A model generated the notes under the pieces. It worked only from the letters and a program-made list of their open reading frames with translations, made no database searches and was not told the origin of the DNA. A DNA stretch of 64,000 nucleotides from Trichoplax adhaerens (taxonomy: Eukaryota; Animalia; Placozoa): assembly GCF_000150275.1 (NCBI RefSeq), contig NW_002060958.1:1258088-1322087 (forward strand). Reading direction: 5' to 3'. How positions within the stretch are numbered: the first letter of the stretch is position 1; each line of letters opens with the position of its first letter. Shown here in pieces: positions 11,601 through 23,814 of the stretch. A program made the translations under genes and the position numbers.

Positions 11601-14600
11601 TGATCATTACGATTACCTGACTGTTATACATGCCTCTCTACAAACTTGAGATCGAAGATCTTTGATCTATATAAAGTATAAAAGGTATTAAGGATATTTC
11701 ATTATTACAAATGCAAAATTTAGACGGATACTTACAGCAGACTGATGTGCTAAAACTAGAGTTTTAAGCTGCGGTAGGAAGACATCAAATTCATATCCCC
11801 CAGCGTGTATGACGCCTCGTAATCGTTTTAACTAAGTGATGCAAAAGATGATTACAATATAATATTGGCAGGTGTAAGACAACCAGCATCGTATCCATCA
11901 CTTACTGTATGCACTCTTTGCTCCCATTCTGACTTTTCGCTTGTCAATACCGTATTAATATCAGTTATTAAATCTTGTAGTTCACGAGTTGAACAAAACT
12001 AAAAAGGAGCACAGATGTTATGATAACAAAATATCTCTTTATAATAGTAAAAAACTACCTTACCTGAACGGGAACAAATTCATTAAAAGAATTCAAGAAA
12101 TAATCTTCATTAACTGCACCAGCATCTGTATAATAGTTTAAGGTGATATACATGTACGTACAATTTAGAAGTTAATGGCAATAGATCACTAAAGGAATAT
12201 TCTATAAATTCGAAAATCCATGTTAGTCACCTGCATTACTATTTTTATTTTTGGTTTGACCTATTGGAGGTTTTCTTGACGCAGGTGCAGCACCGGGAAT
12301 GTTCTCTGTGGATGCATAACGAGATGAGGTAGGCGTTTGAAGGCCTGATCGAGTCTTTGGTGTAGCCACTCTAGATCTTCCTTGCATTGGAGATGGCTAT
12401 CAGTGATAAATAAAAAGAAAGCGCTATAAATTAATCATCTAATTCCAATTGAAACTATTATATCGGTTGTAATTTACATTGTACGAGTTCGTTGCAGAAC
12501 TGGCATTATTTTCATATTCAATAGTAGGAACATCCAAAACTACAACAGTATTCGGTAAGAGAAATTTTTTAATATATCAAACATTCATTCAATTTTGCGT
12601 TAAGCTAACAGTAAGAAGGACAAAATTAAACGATTCGTATATTTATATTTAGTTACCGGCGGTATCTAAGAGGTCTCCATTTTCAATTAATTCATTAAAT
12701 TTCGTAAATAACACTGAAAGCCTAAAGTAAGCAATAATATCTTTCCTTGGTACCATATTTTCAATTCCATAATATAGATATCATTTTAACTAGATAAATT
12801 TCACGTACTTTGCGGCAGGGATATTTCTCCTACTAAGATCAGCTCGAACTTTTTCTCCGACATGCCGATAAATGTCAACTAACGTATCTATTGCAGTATC
12901 ACGCACCTGCATGATGTAACGAAATATAACATTAGAAGGATAACACTAAATTATATCTTTAGAACTAATAGAGAATATTTGTAAGATGCTACCTGGCCAT
13001 TCGGATCTGCGAGAAGTTTACATGCATGAGGTACAAACTTGGAAATTGTCAACGATGAAGATCCGAACCTGGTAACAAAGAGGTACTCATGGATTATTAC
13101 CCCGTAATAATAGGACACGAATAGGATTATACTTACCCGTCAAGTGCTTTTTGAAGACACACTAGAGATTCGTCTCTGACTCTAAAATTTTTATGCTGAA
13201 AAGCTGGAATCATTTTCTCTAAAATAAACTACAGATGACAAAAGTTAGCGAAATGCGAACTCCAATAAAATTTATTTACAGATGCAAAAAAAGTATTTTC
13301 ACCTGAGGTGAAGATCCAGGATCCATAAGCTTTTGCAGTAAATTTTGACATTGATCTCTAACCTATACAGAAGCAGTGGTATATCTTTCACTACTGGTAA
13401 TACAGCGTTTTTTACTTCAAAAAGCACACAACCAAATTTGTTACTGAAAAGCTAAATTCACAATTAAATCTCTAAGATTTGATATAATGGTATGCCTACC
13501 TGTCCTCGACTATCCCCCAATCTATCTACAATGGCATTGAATACTAATTGTAAATAAGCAAGGGAAAGTATTAGCCCATTACTATATCAAAAGATGCTAA
13601 TTTACAGAGTAAATAGATTCTACAGAAGCAAACGGATAGATCCGTTTCTAAAAATGTTATTTTTCTATTATAACGTTACAATAGTTATGATTGATAGTAT
13701 CAACTTGATAAGTAATTTCGAACAAAACTATCTTATACGGAAGTAGATTTTACATTAACTTCTACTAAGTAGTAATGCGTTAAGTTATAAGATGCTAGCT
13801 AGCTAGTATAAATAAAGGAAAGGAGTTATTGTAACGTGGAGTGTGTTACATGGTTTTATTGGTTTTCTGATATATGACATTCCATAATGGCTAAAAGTAA
13901 GTATAAAACTATCTAATTTCAAAGTAATCGAGAATGTTTTAAAGAGTACAACATAACTTTTTCCGTTTAGAAAAAAAAACAGCGTTGATGCTTGTGTATG
14001 ATAACGTACTTAATGAAACATACGGCTTAAAACCATCCTGGAGTCTTACAACAACAAGAGAGAGGCACTCGAGTCCAATGAGACTAACCTGAAGTACAAA
14101 AAAGCTAGCACAATTAATAACTTGGAATTCTTTTGATAAATTTAAAACTACAGTCCCTAACAAGTTGTACCTCATACTACAGTATGTTACGTAGGATTAC
14201 TTTCTACAGATTGCTAAATAGCGTTAATATTTCTAGTAAGCAATGAACAAAAATAAAAAATGTAATGGCATTCATAAATTCCGTAAACCTGTCTCTGATT
14301 TTGCGAAAAGATACGTAATACGCTAAAATCCGGTCAGTGATGATCTTCTTAAGTATACTGTAAAGGAGTTCAAAGTATTCTTTCCATATTCAGAATTGTA
14401 ATAGTTTCAAAGCTATCATACCTGAGCGGATATTTACTAATTTACTGAACTATGTGCAGAACTATTTTAGAAGAAAATGAGACTGTTGTATAGCAATCAT
14501 CTTTGTTAAATGTACTGTATTGCAAAGAAGCATTTCATTGGATTTAGTGTCATCTCACAAGTCAACCAACGACTTGACTAAGATCCTATACATAACTTCA

Positions 14601-15816
14601 TTAATATATCTTCGATTTAAGTTACTCATCCATTAATGGATGAGTAAAATTTTAGTCCAGTAAAATCCTGTTTTATGTTGACGCTACATTCAGTATGGGA
14701 TTGGTGGAAGAATGGTTTAACAGTAGAAGTGGCGATACTTGAACGTTTCAAGGTAGAGGGAAATGAATTAGAAAGATTAACTCGATTTTGTTCTCAGAAT
14801 ATGTGCTTGTATAAATAATCTATAGAGCAGTATTGTTAAGATAGTGATTGCAGTCTAATATCAAACCTAATATCCTAGTACTGTGTATCATAGCAGAATG
14901 CAACCTCGAAAACGAATGTACGGTAAGCAAGTTTTTCTACAGGGTTAACCAGAAATTAGTAATCTAACTACACTGCAGTTTCGATGCAACTGCAGACACG
15001 TTCTTTATCGTAAGAATGATTTCGACATAATGTCAAACCTTGTCGAAGAGATCATTCATTGATATGACCGTCTATGATACTGGAGTGCTATATAAATAAT
15101 TAATCGATTAACTTACACTAAATCTAAACATAGTGAATTTGGAATAGAGAATATGTATTGTCACAACAGTTACCACACGTTGATAATATCAGTCATGAAC
15201 TAAGTTATCCAAATATTACGTTGTGCGATGATTCAGAAATTGGAACAAAATCTATTTACATGGTAATCACTCATTCAATGCAGTGATTGCGTAACGCTTG
15301 AATACAATTAAGACATGCTGGAATTGAAAGCAAAAAATTTATATTTCGAAGAATTCGAGTATACGACGGGATGCGTAGGGTAACATTAGTTAAATGTACA
15401 GAATATTCATTGATGGCTATAGGATGATAGCCCGTGAAATGGATTAAAATGATGATTTCAAATTCATTAAAATACAGTCACTATTAAATTGTGAGGAATT
15501 TTGCTTCTTTAACAAGGATTACATTCCAAATTGAAACAAGATACTGTACAAGCAGCAGAAAGCAATCCTACACTGAAACGAACAGATGTGTTAATATTGC
15601 AAATAATTAAAAAAGCGTCAACTCCACCTTATAGTTGCTGCTAGTAATCCAGCCGACAAGACTTTCTAGAAAGGCTTCAAATAGGCTAGGAGAAAAATCG
15701 ATGATTTGGCTATCATCTAATAGGAAATTAATCAATTCTGAACCAGATTCTAATCTTTTCCTGGTGTCTTGTTGCAAGACTGCCGATAAGATTTGCTCGG
15801 CATTCTCGAAAACCAT
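5694..15816 (-). CDS. CLASP: CLIP-associating protein (CLASP/Orbit/MAST), roughly 40 short exons
   Basis: Exon 1 15816-15628 (…LVGWITSSNYK), exon 2 14088-14010 (VSLIGLECL…RLQDGFK), then DRLGDSR, KDLRSQVCREACIT and further TOG-repeat exons. The last exon IKLLHLYIKRS…* (stop at 5694) matches the CLASP C-terminal KLLxLYIKR. Internal exon boundaries were not all resolved. Confidence 0.95.
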
Positions 15817-16675
15817 TTTGATGATTATGTAGTCAGTTGTAGCTTTAGAGTAGTACTATATTTACAAATCAGGTGTAATTTACGCGAGAGAAAATTATGC
15901 CAATAGCCAATTTGGATGAATTAATGATAGCTGTACGCGTATGATCGATGAAACCCACATGGATAGAGCGTTGGGATTGGAGGAGAATCTGTACAAAACT
16001 ACGCCAATAATTATCTTGTTCGTCTAAGAGATAATCATCAATAAGAACATAAATTAGTTTTGATACATGTAAGCTCGACAAGATGAGTAATTTGAAAGAA
16101 TGTTTTCTATCCGGTATAATAAACTAACTGGTTGATTATTAAGACAGTTCAATTAAGACAGGGCAAAAGACAAGGTGAACAAAATTGTCTTTCAAATCAC
16201 CGCTTGCAAACAAGTTAATGACTATTGCGGTAAGCCTAGAGGCTACAGTTGATTACAGTCTATACGTGTGGTTTATTTCTTATTTCATTAATCTTGTAGA
16301 TAGGACAATGGCCATTTTCAATTTCCACCTATCCAGGTCAAATAGACGATTAACTACTGTTATTGGCGACAGTCTCTGAATTTCTTACTGTCCGTAGGGA
16401 ACAAGTCAGGGAAGGAGTGAAATGGGTTCATTTTTAGATTTTGCGTTTTGAGATCGATTGTCTTTGACTTTCAATTACTGTCAGTAAGACTAAGAATGGA
16501 GTTGAAGAATTTTTTTCTTTTTTAATGATTACAAGTATGACCATTGCAAAATAACCGCTGAGCAGTGTAAATGGTTACAGCAGTTGGTTACTGTAAGTAG
16601 TTTCATTTTGCAATGCAATGACTGGAGATGTACATACGTAAGCCGAATTGATTCAACTGCTGCAGTCTAATATTA

Positions 16676-17610
16676 AAGAGGAAAATAAGAAACTCTTACA
16701 AGACTTGCAGTAAAAGATTGCAAAGCAATTTTGACTGAATAACCGGGTAAAAAAAGTCTCCAATTGATTGGTATTCTTTCTTAGAAGATTGTCTATAATC
16801 CTTGAGGATGAACTCGATGAAGTGAGGAGGAAAATAGAAACTATTACTAAATTTGGCTGAATAACCGGGTTAAAAAAAAGTCTGCAATAGATTGGTATTC
16901 TTTCTTAGAAGATTGTATAATCCTTGAGGATGAAGTGGAGAGATGCAACTACTTTTTAAAGAGGAAAATAGAAACTTTAACAAGATTTGCAGTAAAAGAC
17001 TGCAAAGCAATTATGACTGAATAACCGGGTAAAAATAACAGTCTGTAATGGATTGGTATCCTTTCTTAGAAGATTGTATAATCCTTAAGGATGAAGTGGA
17101 GAGATACAACTACTTTTTAAAGAGGAAAATAGAAACTTTAACAAGATTTGCAGTAAAAGACTGCAGTGCAATTGTGACTGAATAACCGGGTAAAAATAAA
17201 AGTCTGTAATGGATTGGTATCCTTTCTTAGAAGATTGTATAATCCTTGAGGATGAAGTGGAGAGATGCAACTACTTTTTAAAGAGGAAAATAGAAACTTT
17301 AACAAGATTTGCAGTAAAAGACTGTAGTGCAATTGTGACTGAATAACCAGGTAAAAATAAAAAGTCTGTAATGGATTGGTATCCTTTCTTAGAAGATTGT
17401 ATAATCCTTGAGGCTGTAGTGCAGAGATACAACTACTTTTTGAAAGAGGAAAATAGAAACTTTTACAAGAATTGCAGTAAAAGACTGCAGTCACAATTGT
17501 GCAATTGTGACTGAATAACCGGGTAAAAATAACAGTCTGCAATTGCTTGGTATCCTTCCTTAGAAGATTGTATAATCCTTGAGGATGCAATGAAGAGATA
17601 CAACTACTTT
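16676..17610. repeat. Tandem satellite of ~161-bp units, about 6 copies (one internally deleted)
   Basis: Unit aagaggaaaatagaaactttaacaagatttgcagtaaaagactgc…gactgaataaccgggtaaaaat…attggtatcctttcttagaagattgtataatccttgaggatg… restarts at ~16676, 16826, 16959, 17120, 17282 and 17444. Confidence 0.95.
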
Positions 17611-18639
17611 GCATTGAGATTCTTCCACTTGGATCCAATTGTAGTCGACCACACCGAGTCATGATGCCTGTGGAAGTGCGTCTACAGTATTGGGCAGTTC
17701 AAATGGCTGATCCCTTGTTACTCCCTGTAGTCTATCCACCTACCGCATGAATTTAGCCATAGTCTTCTCTATCCCTATTCGACATGATATCATGCAATAG
17801 CGTTGAAAAGAAAATGAAGCTATTAAATGCTGATTTTTCAAAGGGTAAAGACTGCCAGTTCAGCGTAGTGGCTAGCCCCTTATTAATTTTGACTAATGGA
17901 GACTGTATTTGAAAGTCCCTGCGTTGAAAGGCAGCAATCTTTCTCAATGGATGTACCAAGGAAAATGAAGTCATTGAAGTCATTGTAAGCATAGTGAACA
18001 TGTGCAAGACTTCATGGATGTATGGGGCCATCATTGGCTGCATAAACTCGTCCTATTCCTGTTCAAGAATGCCTCATCTTGCTAATAACATGGCCATATT
18101 GATTGAATTAAATAGTGATACAGTGCAACTTTCAAAGGACTTACCCACCAGTGAAAGTGGTCTGCCAATGGCGACAACTGCAGTTCAATGCTTCAATTGG
18201 TAATAGTGGAGACGACCAATTTTACAACTGGAATTGGTAAACTCTTTCTATCCGCTTTCACAACAGTTATTCGACCCTTAATGGTCTAATTCAACTAGAT
18301 AGGCTAAAGGAAAGTGCATAGAAAGGCCAAAAGGCAGGACAAAGTTTTGCTTTGGTCTTGCAGCAAATTTGAAATTTTTAATTTACCTGACTGAGCGCTC
18401 AATTCTACTCTTGCAGTAGAGTATCGCATGCTGTTGAAAACTTGTATCGCACAGTATAAGTTACTGGCGTCTGTCTGCGATGATAGCCTCGGCCAATGGT
18501 CTTGGCTCAAATCGCCTTCAGCAGTTAACGGTCGACCAATGGTACAGTACGTTACGTGGGCACTACTGCGTCTGCTCACATCAGCTGTGGAAATTGAACA
18601 GACCAGACGGACAGAGCCCTTGGCGGCTGGACACTCAGT

Positions 18640-19582
18640 GGACAGTGGACAGTGTACAGTACAGTACACTGTACACTGTACACTGTACAGTACAGTACAG
18701 TACACTGTACACTGTACACTGTACAGTACAGTACAGTACAGTATATTACAGTACAATGTACAGCACAGCCAGACTGTAGACTGTACCATGCAGCAGGGAC
18801 TAACTGACAACGCAGTCTAGAACGAAACATCATACTGTACTGTCTACGATTTTCGTCGAAATTAGCCACTTGGTTGATTTTGTACATTGTAGTAGACGGT
18901 TTCGGTTATAGCGTATAATAGAATGACCAGAAAAATGGTAAACCCACTCATTATTTTGCCCTGAACGGCTGTTCCACGTCCGTCTTTCTTTCTTGTAGTC
19001 CGTGACCTTACAGTGTACAGTACTGTATATTACAGTACAATGTACAACACAGGCAGACTGTAGACTGTACCATGCAGCAGGGAATAACCGACAACGCAGC
19101 CTAGAACGAAACATCATACTGTACTGTCTACGATTTTCGTCGAAATTAGCCACTTGGTTGATTTTGTATATTGTAGTAGACGGTTTCGATTATAGCGTAT
19201 AATAGAATGACCAGAATAATGGTAAACCCCCATTCATTATTTTTGCACTGAATGGCCGTTACGCGTCCCTCTCTCTTTCTGTACGTGCGTACAGTACATT
19301 GGTGCAGTGTACAGTACACTACGGTAGACTACAGTACAATACTGTAGTGTACAGTACTGTACAGTGTACAGTACAATGCTAGATACAGTACAGTAGTTCT
19401 GGGTCTGCGACACGTTCTGTCTGTCCATGTTTCCCAGGTCACACTGTACAATAAATGGGCTGCGAAATTTGTAGAGTACAGTGTACAGTACAGTATGATA
19501 GGCGATTGCTGTACTGTACTGTACACTGTACAGTACTGTAATAAACAGACGTCTGAAATGACTGTACAGTACAGTGTACAGG
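18640..19582. repeat. TACAG/TGTACA low-complexity arrays enclosing a ~290-bp direct duplication
   Basis: Runs of cagta, tacactg and tgtacag at 18640-18760 and 19290-19582. Near-identical blocks at ~18735-18990 and ~19025-19280 (tattacagtacaatgtaca…cgattttcgtcgaaattagccacttgg…gaatgaccaga…). Confidence 0.92.
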
Positions 19583-19604
19583 GGAATGACCAGAAAAATC
19601 AGAA

Positions 19605-19770
19605 GCATGCGCATTCATTACCACTCAAAGGCCACTTTGGACTTTCTATACAAGAGACTCGATACACAACCCGTGGGTGATTCTTAATGTGACGCATTAG
19701 CGTACGCATGCTCAATTCTTGCCAACATGGATTCCATTGTCTTGGTAAGTTTCCCATTAGAAAAATGGCG
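19605..19770 (+). promoter_or_regulatory. COPZ core promoter region with housekeeping-type motifs
   Basis: GCATGCGCA at 19605 and CGCATGC at 19705 (NRF1-like), TGACGCA at 19690 (CRE-like) and AAAATGGCG at ~19762 (YY1-like) cluster around the ATG at 19727. Motif matches only. Confidence 0.35.
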
Positions 19771-21775
19771 TTACTAATTGCGATATTCTTGCTATCAATC
19801 CTTGCTTTAAAGTAGTGATATATTGCATGATTACAATTTTAAAAGAAACACTGTCATAGTCATTGCTATTGCTTTAAAGGGCGAAATAGTTCAATATTAT
19901 ACATTAGAAATAAAAATCTCGCCTATCCAAAAAGGATGACAATCGCCAAGCGCTTGTTCTAGGTTGTCCCTATTTCTACTGTAGGATCATCCACCAAGCC
20001 ACTCAATACTAGTATAAAATCTTCCACTTTCTTAACCATCTAACACATGAGATCAACATAAAACCAATTAGTTTAATATTCTACGTTAGAAATGAAAATC
20101 TCGTCTATCGAATAAGGATGATAATTACCCAATGTTTGTTAGACGTTGTTATGATTCCGACGTGTACAGTGGACACGTATGAACAAAGTATATCAAGACT
20201 GCACTGCCATAAAAAATCTCTGGCGCCCGCTCTTGATACTAGTATATGTAAGCTAACTGTGAGAAATCAATGTAAAAGTAGTTCTCTTGGTAACCATGAC
20301 TGTTCTGCATTGATTCCATCTATTGTAAATTAATCTTGTTATAATCAAACTACAATTTGCAAATGGAACGGCTGCTAGACACGACAGTACTGTACACTGC
20401 AGTGAACAGCTTTGACCATGTTGGTATACTAGACTAGAAATTAGTTTGATGTCGATAAAGTGCTTGGGCCATCTAATCAACCCTTCAGAATCGTTATACA
20501 AATGACTAAAATAGACTGGATCAATATCTTTAGGACGTGACGTTATACGCTGTTAAAGCCATTTTGATCTTAGACAACGATGGAGAGAGAATTATTGCCA
20601 AGGTAAGTCGAATGACGTGACAATCAAGTTCAAGATTCCATAGTGGAGCATGCAGCGTAACATGACTGCTTTACTCATTATCATAGCATCGATATCGATG
20701 AAAGATTTACTGTAGCTTTTTATTCTACTTGTTATCCTAACGTATTTGTTGTATTTTTCTAGTACTACGATAATACATTCACTCATCTGAAAGAACAGAA
20801 ACAGTTTGAGAAAAAACTCTACGATAAAACACCACGTAGTAGTGGTAAGATATGCCCTTGTTTCGTATACCTATTACCTACTGACGACAACATCAATGTT
20901 GCTTATTGTACAATATATACGTATATGGATAAATCCCAAAAATGGGTTGTTAGCCGATAGATTACAGTTTATTCAACTTAGGATACTCCTCTATTTTGCA
21001 ATACCAACATGACTAACATGATGCATACTCATTGATCAACATTTGCAGCTGATATCATCATGTTAGACTCCATGACTGCTGTATTTAGAAGTAACGTCGA
21101 TTTAAATTTTTACGTTATTGGATCGTCTAATGAAAACGAGGTATATCCACATAAATATAAAAATGGTGTAGTAAAGGATGAAAAATCACTAAAATTCTAT
21201 TTCAAATGTGTTCTAACGTGATTGCTCTTATTCAGGTGATGTTGAATTGCGTCTTAAACGGATTCTATGACGCTATTAGTACAATGTTAAGAAAGAATGT
21301 AGAGAAAAAATATCTCATGGATAATCTTGATGGTGTTTTCTTAGCTCTTGATGAAGTCGTAGACGGCGGGTATAGATTCACTCTGTCTTGTTTGGCGTTA
21401 ACTCGAATGATTATTGCCATCTCATCATTTCTTCCTATCTTATTTAGGATTATTCTTGAAACGGATTCTACAAACATTATTTCAAAAGTTGCAATAAAAG
21501 TATATCACCATACTTTCATTGGAGTGACTTAGCTTTCTTATACCTTGGTAGTATCTAACAATACGATCATTTGTAACTTTTATCATTAGTCAAATCCTTT
21601 AATTCAAAATGACGACTTACCATTAAGTGAACAAACTGTGGTACAGGTAAGATCGATGATAAATTCATGATACGTTGAAATAGCTTACTTTCTTAATAAA
21701 GAAAGCTTCTAATTTTTTGTAAAATAGGTCTTACAGTCTGCTAAAGACCAACTGAAGAGATCTCTATTAAACTAA
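19727..21775 (+). CDS. COPZ1: Coatomer subunit zeta; 8 exons: 19727-19744, 20534-20602, 20763-20844, 21049-21140, 21236-21369, 21448-21499, 21590-21646, 21728-21775
   Basis: Spliced product MDSIVL|DVTLYAVKAILILDNDGERIIAK|YYDNTF…|…DLNFYVIGSSNENE|VMLNCVLN…LRKNVEK…LALDEVVDGG|IILETD…|…DDLPLSEQTVVQ|VLQSAKDQLKRSLLN*. All introns are GT-AG and phase-consistent. Confidence 0.97.
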
Positions 21776-23772
21776 TCGTTGTGAGATGTATCGACAAATA
21801 ACATGAATAAATGCATTGGCGTTAGTTTCTCGTGCATTCGATATGAAAAATTTATTCTATCATGGTACTATGTCATCAAACAGGGTAATTTATGGCGGAT
21901 TATTCTAACATCCTAACTGGAATGTAAAGATTGCATTTCTAGGATCAAAATGTCTTTGTTTATTATGGAAGTAAATATCATATTGAATAAAATTTAAATG
22001 TAACGTATGTCTCTGCCTGTGGCCGCAATGATTGCAAATGTTCAATGTGCATGAACTGGTTGAAATCGTGTGTCAAACATTCATTTTATTACATGCATGG
22101 TTGTTGACTGGATACTTCGCATACAGTCTTGTAGCGATTCAGAGTATTCTACTACAAAATGAGAGATTTTGTAATTTGCTTTCGAACGATATCATTTTAA
22201 AACATTGTTACTATAGTTGCAGTCTAATCGATACGAATGATGTATTTTGTCTGGCTAAAGCTTTCTCTACTTTCAAATCGGCAACGCAGTCAGGTCGGTA
22301 GTTTTAGTAAACTACAAATTTTCTAGCTGAGTTCTATTAAGGGTAATCTTTATCGCTATTTTGCTTCAAAGATTTCTTTCAACTCACGTAATGTGCTAAT
22401 AAATGAGAAATTGACTGTATCTGAATCAATTGCCAACAATAGTTCTCATTCAAATTTTGAATTCCATCGAAAAATGCTTATAACAGTATCATAATGTTTT
22501 TTAAAGCAATTTAATTTCCGTTTTGCGTTACAATATCTATTCGATTATGAAATTGCTATTGATATTTTATTTATTTCCGACGTCAATGTACAGATGCACC
22601 TGTAACACTTAACCTTTAAATTATAAAAGATATTGCCCCTTACCCTATGAAATTAAATTAAAATTAACCTGCCGGCTATAACCTAGTGCAAGTAGACATT
22701 CGAGTTCGAAGTCAATACAATTTAAAAGATATACCGTTTAATCCTATTTCCTGGCATTGTTAAACATCTGACAAGGTCAAATTTCGAATAGGATTCTTGA
22801 TTTATTCATACAAAAATCTAATGCAATAATATAACCAATATTGGATTGAACCGTTAATATGATGTTCAGCTATGAATTTCTGTTAATAATAATAATGTAT
22901 TTATTAATATTTTTGATTTAGCAACTCCAAGTTAACTTACGCCTTATATTCTAACTTAAAGTGCTAAAAAATATAACTTTTTAAACTTAAGATTCCACGA
23001 ATTAGCGTAAATATATATGTTAATAACTAACGAAATATTACAGCTTTTTGTGCTATGTCCGACATTCTATCATACTATCTTAATCGAAATCGATTGAACT
23101 AGCGTGCGAATAATTTACTGCTTATGCTTACTTTAATGATTCTTAACTATTGATTAATCGCAGTGATGTTTCATTAAATCTTCTATTAATTTTGGATGAT
23201 ATGCTCCATGCCTTTAGATAGCAAGAGATCTTCTATACTGATAATCTTAAATCTTTGTGGCTTTCTATTAATCAGGTTAAGTAAGAATTATTTATTGTTC
23301 GATGATGCAAAGTACTGTAATTATTCTATCTAGAATTAGAAAAGACTTCTCATCGTCAAATGTAATCCAGAACTTTGATCTAAGATATATCAACAGTAAA
23401 TCATTATAAATTGAAAGTATTTTACCTAGTTTAGGAGAATTATAATCTATCTGTGTTATAAGACTGTGACGCTTGAGGATAACATAAAGTATTTGATAAT
23501 TTTCTTCGTAAACCTAACAAAGCTATCTCGTACCTTGCTATGAACTGGAATTTTCCTTCTAATGTTTGTCTCTGTACTAATATCGTTGATAATATTCTAA
23601 CTTTTATGTTACTGACAGCTTTGTGATTATCGTATAGAATTTTACTATAGCTAGCTAGAGCTACAAACTACAGCTCAACTCCGTGACCTTCAATACTTTT
23701 TATTTCATGAATAATCCCTTATGTAGAAATTTCTGATAGTTCGTTAATGAATGAATTAATTAAGATTCTCGA

Positions 23773-23814
23773 TAACACAAACAACAACACAACAACAATA
23801 ACAACTTAACAACA
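23773..23814 (+). repeat. Degenerate (AAC)n microsatellite
   Basis: taacacaaacaacaacacaacaacaataacaacttaacaacac. Confidence 0.7.

Noticed and set aside
13547-15627. U4atac snRNA in an early CLASP intron, as in vertebrate CLASP1
   Set aside because: No match to the U4atac 5' end plus Sm site found by eye. AACCATCCT at 14031 lies inside a coding exon and does not extend. An Infernal search would be decisive.
16676-17610. CRISPR-like array
   Set aside because: Eukaryotic context; units are fully repeated with no unique spacers and no cas genes. The same applies to 897-1956.
17085-17662. Repetitive ORFs (174 aa, 61 aa) resembling LRR proteins
   Set aside because: The unit of ~161 bp is not a stable multiple of 3, and frames shift and stop between copies.
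18304-19680. Cys/Tyr/Thr/Val-rich ORFs in several frames
   Set aside because: Artefacts of TACAG/TGTAC low-complexity repeats that lack stop codons on both strands.
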